Assembly: GCA_951406725.2 (NCBI GenBank)
Contig: OX597822.1
Coordinates: 93,930,001-93,994,000 of the forward strand
Length of the DNA stretch: 64,000 nucleotides
Reading direction: 5' to 3'
Source of the DNA: Octopus vulgaris
Taxonomy: Eukaryota
Shown: piece after piece, positions 12,021 through 23,374 of the stretch
How positions within the stretch are numbered: the first letter of the stretch is position 1
How the letters are laid out: each line of letters opens with the position of its first letter
Made by a program: the position numbers and the translations under genes
Notes under the pieces: generated by a model
Seen by the model: the letters and a program-made list of their open reading frames with translations, nothing else
The model's database searches: none
Told to the model about the DNA's origin: nothing

Positions 12021-13926
12021 TATTTTTTTAATTAAGCACAAGGCCTCAATAGAGAAGGGACAACACAAAAACAGACAAAGCAATACATTGGGGTACATAG
12101 AAACACATATCGAATGAATTATGGATATAATGAAAATGAGAATGAAATGGCTTACTATATTACCCGTGGAACGATCGTACTGACGAGCCCTACGGACGAG
12201 GGATTACGTAAGTGATTCATTCGTTAATAGGCGAAATCGCGGTCTGCGATTAATTCTTGTTTTTTATATATAATTTTCATCTGTCATGCCCGCATATTGT
12301 TCTGGTGTCCGCTGAATTCTTTTCTCTTGAGAACATTCTTTTCTTTGTAGTTTTATCGTAGGTGATTTACTTCTAGCATATGGCTGACCACATAGTGGTT
12401 CTTTAGCCCGCCCCCATAAGTAGGTAGCTCCATTTTACTGTTTTTAAATGAACACTTCATATCGGTCTTGTATCTGTTGGTTTATAACATATACTCTATT
12501 AACTCTTCGAAGGCCACTACGGGCAGCACTTCATGGTAACCAATTTGTATTCCTGTCATCTCTATTCTTTCACCAAACAACTCCTTCAATTTCTCTTCCC
12601 TTTCTTTTTCCAACAAAAAGGGCTTTAAAACCTTCGTTATACTCTTCGGCCGCTAATTTCACTCGGATAACGTTCTTCATCTTGGCAATTCTCTTCTCTA
12701 TCTCTACACTTTTTTGGGTATTGCACCATTGTTCTCAGGTTTCTCCCTTTTAGTGTCACTCTCCTCTCCTCACCAATCTCCCCCTCTACCGCTGGCATTT
12801 CTGTCTATGTCTGCCTCTCATTCTGTGTTGCAATCATCTCTCTTTCATTTTCCTTTCTCTTCTGTACTCTTTCCTCCTCGCTAGTTAATGGTATCTGCGT
12901 TCGTTCCTCACATTTGCTGTCTTTTCATTTTTTCTCTTCTCATTTGTACTCTCTTGTTTTTCACTCTGCTTCTCCTCCCCACTTGCCTTTCTTTTCTTCC
13001 TCGGACTTTTTGGTGGTGAGTCATTACTCTTCTTTCTTTTTACCACTGTGTATTGCTCCTCCATTTTCTCCTCCTCCACGGTTACACCCTCTTCTTCATG
13101 ATATTCCTTTCCTGTCTCCTCCTCTTCGTGTTTCTGGGGACACTTCGTCCGGCAGTATCTGTTCCTCCGCAATCTTGTGGAGGTCTGGCAAGCTTATATG
13201 GACCAACACCTCCAGTCCATACCCCCAGCAGTTCACCACCGTAGTTCTCGATATTTTTATTATCTATGTGTCCTCCTCTGTGTTGAAGAGGATGGCTGTC
13301 ACCAGCCACGCCTCATCAATTTCTGGGAGCACTCTACTTATTCTTACTCTGGCCGCACGTTTGCCACAGTAAGTCGGTAATATTGCCCACTCCGCTGATC
13401 TCAAAGGCACAGTAGAGTATTTCCTCGCTTCTTCTTCGTTCACAAAGCGTACCTCCACTGTGCCGTATTTCCTTCCTCTGGTGTAGAACGTCGTTACGTT
13501 CTTAATTTATCCGAAGCATTCCTCGACTTTTTTGTTTCAATTTTCAATGTTCTGTACACCATTGTTACTATATCCTTTTTATCTGTTACTTCTTTGTGGG
13601 GCGTCAACCTCAGGCTGTCTCCCTCTTTTTTCGATAACTCATTGAATTTCTAAAAATCCTTCTCCTGTAATTCAATTTCTGTAACTTGCAGTCCCTCCGC
13701 TGACAGGCGTTTGCCAGTCACCGCAGCGTAACTGCTCGCTTGCACTAGTGTATCTTCCATAATGTTCACAACTTCATCCACAAATGGAGAAGAAGACTGA
13801 AAACGGTAACAATAAGTTCAACAGGTAACAACAATCCAACAATTCAATGAATATCAGTTAAACAAAAGCGGTACTCACAAGGAGCCTGTACTTTTCCAAT
13901 TCACTAACTCAATAAAACACTAACGA
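12021..13926 (-). mobile_element. ORF1-only (HAL1-like) non-LTR retroelement B, degenerate ORF from ATG at 13760
   Basis: MEDTLVQASSYAAVT..RKYGTVEVRF..ILPTYCGKRAARVRISRVLPEIDEAWL..NCWGYGLE, K/E-rich linker, C-terminal RIAKMKNVIRVKL..; A-rich 3' tail at 12021. Flanked by target copies at 12006-12020 and 13927-13941. Confidence 0.78.
12173..12251 (+). ncRNA. Type I hammerhead ribozyme
   Basis: Stem I GATCGTA/TGCGATT; core CTGACGA at 12180-12186; long stem II GCC..GGC capped by GATTAC-GTAA-GTGATT; GAAA at 12233-12236; near-palindromic stem III ATCGCGGT; GTC triplet with predicted cleavage after 12244. Confidence 0.8.
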
Positions 13927-14150
13927 CAACACCAACGTCCTCTCAACGATTAGCTGGAGAGGATTTTTGAAATGAGAATATCTGAAATAAACTCGACTGT
14001 TCTCACAAACGGAAATACTAAAAATGAACCCGACCGCTCTCAAAAATTAAGTAAAAAACGAAAACTAATCCAGAATCCTTGTCCGGTATCGGATCGATCC
14101 CAAAATCTAATCAGTTCGTTCCAGTCACGAGGCCAAGCATTCCTGAAAGT

Positions 14151-14457
14151 ACGTGATTCCTGTTGTTTATTGAAAAGTATTGTGATTCGTTGGAAATAAA
14201 GAGACACAAAGGGGAATGTGAACTGTGGAAAGTAGACTTTAACGAAGAAAAACTACCACAGTTTATAGAATATAAAGAACTTTAAAAAAGGTGTGGGGTA
14301 GACATAATGGAGAACAGAAAAAAGGAAGCAAGTTATGTTACTCGATGGGGCAAGTTTTCATTTCACATTTTTTCATCTTTCATTATATCATACGTTTTAT
14401 GTCCCCCAATGTGATATATGTCCCTCTTTGTTGGCCCGTTATGGGTAATAAAAAAAT
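14151..14457 (+). mobile_element. 5'-truncated copy of the same L1/HAL1-like family (3' UTR and tail)
   Basis: 17-bp TSD CAAGCATTCCTGAAAGT / CAAGCATCCTTGAAAGT at 14134-14150 and 14458-14474. UTR ttcattatatcat..tatgtcccccaatgt matches the UTR of element B. Confidence 0.7.
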
Positions 14458-14958
14458 CAAGCATCCTTGAAAGTTTCATCTGAATCCATCCAGCGGTTCT
14501 TGAGATATCTTGTCCACAGACAAACAAACAAACACGACTGAAAACAATACCACCCGCCTTCTCTAAGGCGGAAGTTATAAAACTACAGTCGCTACTTGAA
14601 TTTTCGAACCTGGAACTGTTTTTTCCCCGTCATCGCGTACGTTATTCGAAATTTGAATCGCTAGTTCCACCAGCAGTTCGAATTTTATAGGTTAATACAA
14701 ATTACGCTTATGTTAGGCTTGTGAATTGCAGGGAAGGCACGGTTTCTACAAGACACTATGAACATTAATCTATACTAATATTTTTCACAATATGTGGCCA
14801 GTCCAAACTGAAGCGGGAAATAGATCAGATGGAAGCAGAAAAACTGCAGAATAGAATGAAACCACTGTTGAAACACCTCCCCTACATCTTGTAGCCCTAG
14901 ATTAACGTTAGAAAACGCCGAATAAGTATTTGGTAAATCAGATATATAGGCAATCTTT

Positions 14959-15397
14959 GGATCTTTTCGGTTTGAACGGCAGTTTTTAACATAATTTCTA
15001 GGTAACTAAAAAATTTTAAACTTCGTATACTGGTAGAATGTGTTTATAAAACATCTTTTTCTCTTGGCTTTCTTGAGAAAATTCTGTAGTTTGTAACATA
15101 TTTGTTGTTTAATTTCTTGCATTTCGGCAATTTCAACCAATCGATGACGTCCATTGAGGTAAAATACATTCTGTGCCGTATGAATATGTCTCTGGTTTAA
15201 GAAACAGATTGGGTTTATTTACATTTGTGAAGAAAAAAAGATACCCTTCCCCCCACCCCTAACCCTAACCCTAACCCTAACTAACCCTAACCCTAAAACA
15301 GATTGAAATGCAATAGATCAATACTAGAGTCATAATTATGGGTGACAATTTCATATGACACCGCTAGAAAAAACTGCCGTTCAAACCGAAAAGATCC
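14959..15397. mobile_element. Merlin-like telomeric-repeat MITE, complete
   Basis: TIRs at both ends; 8-bp TSD CAATCTTT at 14951-14958 and 15398-15405; (CCCTAA)n around 15257-15296. Confidence 0.92.
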
Positions 15398-16352
15398 CAA
15401 TCTTTTTTCGAGACGAGACTCATTTAATGTGCTTTAATAAAAATTACATTTTTTTTTACTGAAATTCCGGGAGAAGGGTCTAATTGATTACATCAACCAC
15501 CAGTGCTTGACTGGTACTTAATTTATCGACTCTGAAAGGATGAAAGGCAAAGTCGACCTCGGCAAAATTTGAGCTCAGAACGTAAAACCGGAAGAAATGC
15601 CAATAACCATTTTACTTGGCGTAATAACGATTTTGCTAGTTCGCCGCTTTGACCGAAATTATGACAAAAAGTAAACACGTTGTTGTTGTTGTTGTGATTG
15701 ATATTGCTTCACCGAAGTTATATCACAGTTCAATTAATTCTTACTGACTTCTAAATTTTCTTCGTGAATGCTCGCTTTCCTGTTAGCAAATGAAGCATCG
15801 GTGTTATATTGTTGCAGCTAATTATGTTAAGTTACCACATTCTGAACCTGGATGATTGCAAAGGAAATCCAACACTTTCATTTTCATATTTCATATTTCC
15901 AGAACACAATCCTGACATGGAGTCAGTTTAATTATATCTTGCTCGGGGTTTTCCGTTAATTAATTGAATTTAAAAGATGCTGCTTGCAAATTTATTCTTA
16001 AAATAATAGCATTTCATGACTCAATGTCACGTTGCTTGGTTTCCATTAATTTCAATTTATGTTGTTATTAATTTTTTGCAGCTATTATTGATTTTTCTAT
16101 TTGTATATGAAGTAGGCGGGAAAAGCATGTATTTGAATTTTCACAATGGCTTAAACATCACATGTGGACAAGAAGAGAGATTTCTTTCCTGTCCTTTTCT
16201 ATTTTCAGCTTCATCATCCATCCCAAATTAGTTTGGCTTCAAATTGCATTGACCATATGGCTTCTGTTTGACTATTCAAAATGGAAGGATTTTTCTGACA
16301 TCTTCGTTACTAGTTTACCGGGTTTTAAGTTCAAGCAGAGAGATCGTGTTTT

Positions 16353-16799
16353 GGATCTTTTCGGTTTGAACGGCAGTTTTTAACATAATTTCTAGGTAAT
16401 TTCTAGGTAACTAAAAAATTTTAAACTTCGTATACTGGTAGAATGTGTTTATAAAACATCTTTTTCTCTTGGCTTTATAAAAAAAATTCTATACTTTGTA
16501 AGATATTTGTTGTTTTTTTTTTCTTCAATTTCTGCAATTTCAACCAATCACTGACGTCTATTGAGGTAAAAAACATTGTGCCGTATGAATATGTCCCTCG
16601 TTTAAGAAACAGATTGGGTTTATTTACATTTGTGAAGAAAAAAAGATACCCTTCCTCCCACCCCTAACCCTAAGCCTAAGCCTAACCCTAACTAACCCTA
16701 ACCCTAAAACAGATTGAAATGCAATAGATCGATACTAGGGTCATAATTATGGGTGACAATTTCATATGACACCGCTAGAAAAAACTGCCGTTCAAACCG
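16353..16799. mobile_element. Merlin-like telomeric-repeat MITE, right TIR clipped
   Basis: Left TIR at 16353, (CCCTAA)n around 16662-16707, ends ttcaaaccg. Confidence 0.88.
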
Positions 16800-16894
16800 T
16801 TGTCAGAGGAGAGAGAGAGGGAGAATTATAGGTTTATAAAAGTTCGGAATTCGCAATGAGATTGCACTGAAAACAAACACAACTAATATTTTTT

Positions 16895-17748
16895 TATTTC
16901 TACTAGAAGTACAAGGCCCGAAATTTTATGGGTCGGAGGCTAGTCAATTACGTCAACCCCAGCACGCAACTGGTACTTACTTTATCGACTCTGAAAGAAT
17001 GAAAAGCAACGTCGACCTCGGTGGTATTTGAATCCAGAACGTAATGAGTCAAAACATCACAATCCATTTTTCCGGCGCTTCGACAATCCTGCCATCTCGT
17101 CGCCCTTGGTAACATTAATAATATTCTTTTCTACAATAGGCACAAGCCCTGAAATTTTAGGGGAGTGGGGCTAGTTGATTTCATTGATTCCAGTATTTGA
17201 TTGCTACTTATTTTATTTCGTCGACCCTGAAAGGATGTAAAGCAAAGTCGACCTCGGCGGAATTTGAACTTAGAACGAAATGCTGCGAAGTATCTTGTCC
17301 AACCATCAAAATTTCAGGCCTTGTGCCTACAGTAGAAATTATCATTATTATTAAGGCGACGGGCCGACAGAATCATTAGCACGCTGAATGAAATGCTTAG
17401 TGGTATTTCGTCTGTCGTTACGTTGTGAGTTCAAATTCCGCCGAGGTCGACTTTGCCTTTCATCCTTGCGGGGTCGATAAATTAAGTACCAGTTACGCAC
17501 AGAGGTCGATGTGATCGACTTAATACCTATGTCTGTCCTTGTTTGTTCACTCTATGTTTAGCCTCTTGTGGGTAGTAAAGAAATAGGTATTTCGTCTGCC
17601 GTTACGTTCTGAGTTCAAATTCCACCGAGGTCGACTTTGCCTTTCATCCTTTCGGGATCGATAAAGTAAGTACCAGTTGAGTACTGGGGTCGATGTAATC
17701 AACTAGTCCCCCTCCCACAAAATTTCAGGCCTTGTGCCTACTGTAGAA

Positions 17749-17809
<61 letters not shown>

Positions 17810-18185
17810 CGCCGAGGTCGACTTTGCCTTTCATCCTTTCGAGGTCGATAAAATAAGTACCAGTTACGCAGTGGAGTCGATGTAATCGACTTACCCCACC
17901 ACCCGCTGAATTGCTGCCCCCGTGCTAAAATTTGAAATCATCATTATTATTGTTGTTATAAATAAAAAGGTGATGAGCCGACGGAATCGTTAGCACGCCG
18001 GGCAAAATCCGCAGAGGCATTTCGTCCGTCTTCATGTTCTGAGTTCAAATTCCGCCGAGGTCGACTTTGCCATCCATCCTTTCGGGATCGATAAATTAAG
18101 TACCAGTTAAACACTTGGGATCGATGTAATCGATTTGTCTCCTCTCCCAAAATTTCAGATCATGTGCCTTTAGTAGGAAGGATTA
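16895..18185. mobile_element. Cluster of Meta-domain SINEs (two minus-strand copies, plus-strand dimer 17353-17750, further copies) with (ATT)n
   Basis: Same motifs as the other copies; (ATT)n at 17748-17808. Confidence 0.8.
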
Positions 18186-18194
18186 TTATAATAG

Positions 18195-18675
18195 TGGCGA
18201 AAGAGGTTGTATGGTGGACCCGTTTGAAAGGGCTAAAGTCAGACACTTTCCTCTTTGGTCAAGGCCTCATCAACTTTTTCGAGTTTCACTTGAAAAGGAA
18301 GATGAGGTTAGAGAGGAGAGTGCTGTCTGATAGCAAATTTTCTGAAAGGTGGGTGAATTGTGCAAGAATGGCCAGTATAAATGGACCAATTCTGAGGTTT
18401 CGCCTGTAATTGAAAAAGGTATTATAAAAGGAGAAAGGGACTCTCTACCCCACTTTTGACCAGGCTCCCGTTGGCTTTTATGGGGTTTTTTTTCCACCAG
18501 GAACCTTTCGTAACGCCTCCCCTATTGGGAGATTTTCGTTGTTATATTATTTGATTGTTACAATGTTTTTACACGATTTTTTCACAAACGGACAAAACCC
18601 TTTGTAACCTTCCGCCCTGTTTTGTCCCTTTATGTTTTCTAATCATGTGTGTCAGCCCTTGTGGCCAATAAAAAG
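18195..18675 (+). mobile_element. L1/Tx1-clade LINE 3' fragment (ORF2 C-terminus and 3' UTR)
   Basis: AKEVVWWTRLK..LINFFEFHLKRKMRLERRVL..FSERW, followed by the tail gcccttgtggccaataaaaa shared with the SINE and HAL1-like elements. Confidence 0.7.
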
Positions 18676-19340
18676 AATTAATTAATTATTATTATTATTA
18701 TTGTTGTTGTTGTTATTATTATTATTAAACATAAAAGGCGGTAGATGGCAGAATCCTTTGCTTTTCACTCTTCCGAGGGTTGATAAAATACGTACCAGTC
18801 GTGCGTTAGGGTCGATGTAATCGATTAGCGCCCTCCCACTAAATTTTAGATCCTTTGCCTATAGAAAAAAACCAGGCGAGTTTTAAGGATGGCAGCGTCT
18901 ACCTCGGCATGATTTGAACTCTGAACTTAAAGGACCGTAACTAAATACTGACTGGTGTTATTTCGTCCGGCACTCCTTCGTACAACGACGACAATCCTAA
19001 TTACAAAGATGATCGCTTTAAAAATATTATATTGTTGCCTGTAATGGCGAGAGATTAAGTCAAGCGGTCATCAACTTTTTTTAATGTCAAGACATAGAAA
19101 TAGAAATACGAAATCCTGCGCTGGTTGTCATGTGAAATGACAGCAAACTTTAAGACGAGCATGTGAGAAATGCTATGCGTGGCTCTCAACAAAAGTCGCC
19201 TGTACAGTTCACACGTGCTTCGTTAAAGCAGTGCTACGTCAGCTTTGCAAATTATCCGACATTTTTATGTTATTCAATACTTCGCGCGTGAATTCTGAGA
19301 ATATGGTAAATCTTACTGAGTATGGAAAATATCGAAGTAA

Positions 19341-19579
19341 TTTTTTTCTTTCTTTCTTCATTTCTTTCTTTCCTACTTAATTTCTTTCTTTCTTTCTTTC
19401 ATTCTTTCCCTCTTTCTTTCTTTCTTTCCTTTCCTTTCCTTCTTTCTTTCTTTCTTTCCTTTCTTTCTTTCTTTCCTTTCCTTTCTTCCTTCCTTCCTTC
19501 CTTTCCTTCCTTCCTTCCTTCCTTCCTTCCTTCCTTCCTTCCTTCCTTCCTTCCTTCCTTCCTTCCTTCCTTCCTTCCT

Positions 19580-19619
<40 letters not shown>

Positions 19620-20069
19620 TCCTTCCTTCCTTCCTTCTTTCCTTCTTTCTTTCTTTCCTTCCTTCCTTCTTTCCTTCCTTCTTTCTTTCTTTCTTTCCTT
19701 CTTTCTTTCTTTCCTTCTTTCTTTCCTTCTTTCTTTCCTTCTTTCTTTCCTTCCTCCTTTCCTTCCTTCTTTCCTTCTTTTTTCTTTCCTTCCTTCTTTC
19801 CTTCCTTCTTTCTTTCTTTCTTTCCTTCTTTCTTTCCCTCTTTCTTCTTTCCTTCTTTCTTTCCTTCTTTCCTTCCTCCTTTCCTTCCTTCTTTCCTTCC
19901 TTCCTTCCTTCCTTCCTTCCTTCCTTCCTTCCTTCCTTCCTTCCTTCCTTCCTTCTTTCTTTCCTTCCTTCTTTCCTTCCTTCCTTCCTTCCTTCTTTCT
20001 TTCCTTCCTTCTTTCTCCTTCCTTCCTTCCTTCCTTCCTTCCTTCCTTCCTTCCTTCCTTCCTTCCTTT
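19341..20069. repeat. Long (CTTT/CCTT)n polypyrimidine microsatellite
   Basis: Seen directly; it accounts for the spurious 231-286 aa ORFs. Confidence 0.97.
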
Positions 20070-20297
20070 CAAATAGGTTTGTAGTTCGAAACATGTCCAG
20101 GTGGACTTGTATTTGTATTCTTTTAGAATCAATAAAAGATATTCCAGAATTAGAGGGGCGAGGGATGGGAAGAAGAAGGTAAATGCAATCTTCTATATTT
20201 TCTACTCACCTTCCAAATATCCATACAGAGCAGTAGCCTGAAGCCCTTCGTAGCTCAGCGTTACCTTTCACCAAATGGCGTTTCACAATTATCCTCG

Positions 20298-20363
<66 letters not shown>

Positions 20364-20368
<5 letters not shown>

Positions 20369-20736
20369 TGCAAATAAGAAAATGGAGAAGCACAATAGTT
20401 GGTTCATCAACTTTAGGACATTAAAATGTTAATTTATTTATTTATTAAAATAATAATTATAACAACATACATACATATAGAACATTATTCTATGCATATA
20501 AAATAAGAATACAAGTAATTATTAAAAAACAAGAATATAAATTATTAAAATAACTTACAGCTGTTTCAGCCCATAGATAAAAGCATCTCATTATTCTGCG
20601 TATATTAGTCAAGTATATTGAGGTAATAGGCAGTTGAAAATGAGGTACTTGTATATATCTCTAGGCTTCGTCAGAGATTATAAAGTACAATTATAATAAA
20701 TAATAAATATAAATATAAAACAAAATACGCACACAT

Positions 20737-20740
<4 letters not shown>
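20364..20740 (-). mobile_element. AT-rich hammerhead-bearing repeat between (TA)n tracts, probably Penelope-related
   Basis: aataagaaaatggag..ggttcatcaacttt also occurs at 51269-51455. Flanked by (TA)n at 20299-20362 and 20741-20881. Confidence 0.6.
20550..20681 (-). ncRNA. Type I hammerhead ribozyme with long stem II
   Basis: Minus strand reads CTGACGA (20674-20668), stem II AGCCTAGAGATA/TATCTATGGGCT, GAAA (20567-20564), palindromic stem III ACAGCTGT, GTA triplet, stem I ATAA(T)CT/AGTTAT. Confidence 0.75.
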
Positions 20741-20798
<58 letters not shown>

Positions 20799-20815
20799 AT
20801 ATATATATATATTGG

Positions 20816-20860
<45 letters not shown>

Positions 20861-22021
20861 CATACATATATATATATATATGGTTATAGATAATTAATTA
20901 TATATACTGAAATATACATACACATCCATATCCATGAGTACATATATAATATTCAATTATTACTAATATTATTATTATTATTAATATTAGATTACGTGTC
21001 TTCTGCTATTCACAATACATAGTATATGAAATATAAAATATAGAATATAATATAATACATAAACAAATGTTTATGAAAGAAAGCATATATATATATATAT
21101 ATATTTAAAAATCAGATTATTTTAATCGAACGAAAGTTAATTTTGCTCAGTGGTTTATAATATTTCCCAATGGTATCCTATCGTTTAGCATATACCTCTT
21201 TCCAGTCATTTGCGTGGAGTAGTATCCTCTATGCAAAATGTTAACAGAAGGAAACGTCTATAGGTCTGATATAATCGTTTCAAATTTTGGCACAAGAATA
21301 ACAATTTCGGGGGAGGGGTAAATCGAATACATCGACCCAAGTGCTCAACTGGTACTTATTTTATCAACACCCAAAAGCATGAAAGGCAAAGTCGACCTCC
21401 ACTGAATTTGAACTCAGAGCGTGAAGATGGACGAACTGTAGCTAAGCATTTTGCCCAGCGTGCTAATGATTCTGCCAGCTCACCGCTTTCTAAAGGTCTT
21501 ACATAACACTGGGTAAAAAAACAAATTTTGTCTGGTGCCTGGAATATTTCAATGAATTCATAAGTGATTTTACAAAAGCAAAGTGTGAAGGGAATAGTAG
21601 TCATTTCCTTTGACTTCTAGATAGAAGCAAATAGGAAATAACACTTACTGACGAATAAAAAAGAAAAAAAATTACAGTGTTATTGTCTGAGAAATGCCTT
21701 AAGAGTATTCGCTCTTAAAGAAATAATTAAGTGCCTTTTGGGACATTCATAAAAATATTCAGCATCGACAAAAAATTTTGAAGTTTGTGACTACTGTATT
21801 TTTTTATCTCTTATCTGTTTCAGTTATTAGACTGCAGCCATACTGGGGCACCATCTTGAAAAATTTTCTGTCGAATGAATCCACCCCAGTACTAATTTTT
21901 AAAACTTGGTACTTATTCTATCAGTCTCTAAACACACCCACACCGGTTGTCAAGCAATGGTGGGGGACAAACACCGACAAACACATACATACATACATAC
22001 ACACATATACCTATATGTATG

Positions 22022-23368
<1,347 letters not shown>

Positions 23369-23374
23369 TATATA

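Larger units (their letters stand above)
10255..14578 (+). mobile_element. Helentron/HINE-like non-autonomous element in three pieces (10255-10306, 13927-14150, 14458-14578), split by retroelement insertions
   Basis: 5' acaagaacactcagagagcgcaaacctctgcc. 3' end has aaagtttcatctgaatccatccagcggttcttgagatatc, (CAAA)n and the hairpin CCGCCTT-ctct-AAGGCGG at 14554-14571. The pieces rejoin at duplicated targets. Confidence 0.65.

Noticed and set aside
15257-15296. (CCCTAA)n as a telomere or chromosome-fusion relic
   Set aside because: It lies inside the TIR-bounded MITE and recurs in its copies.
19322-20182. Long ORFs of 231-286 aa rich in F/S/L or R/K/E
   Set aside because: They are translations of the (CTTT/CCTT)n microsatellite.
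20076-20300. Possible short exons on either strand next to the polypyrimidine tract
   Set aside because: Splice-like motifs only; no recognisable protein and no linkage to other exons.
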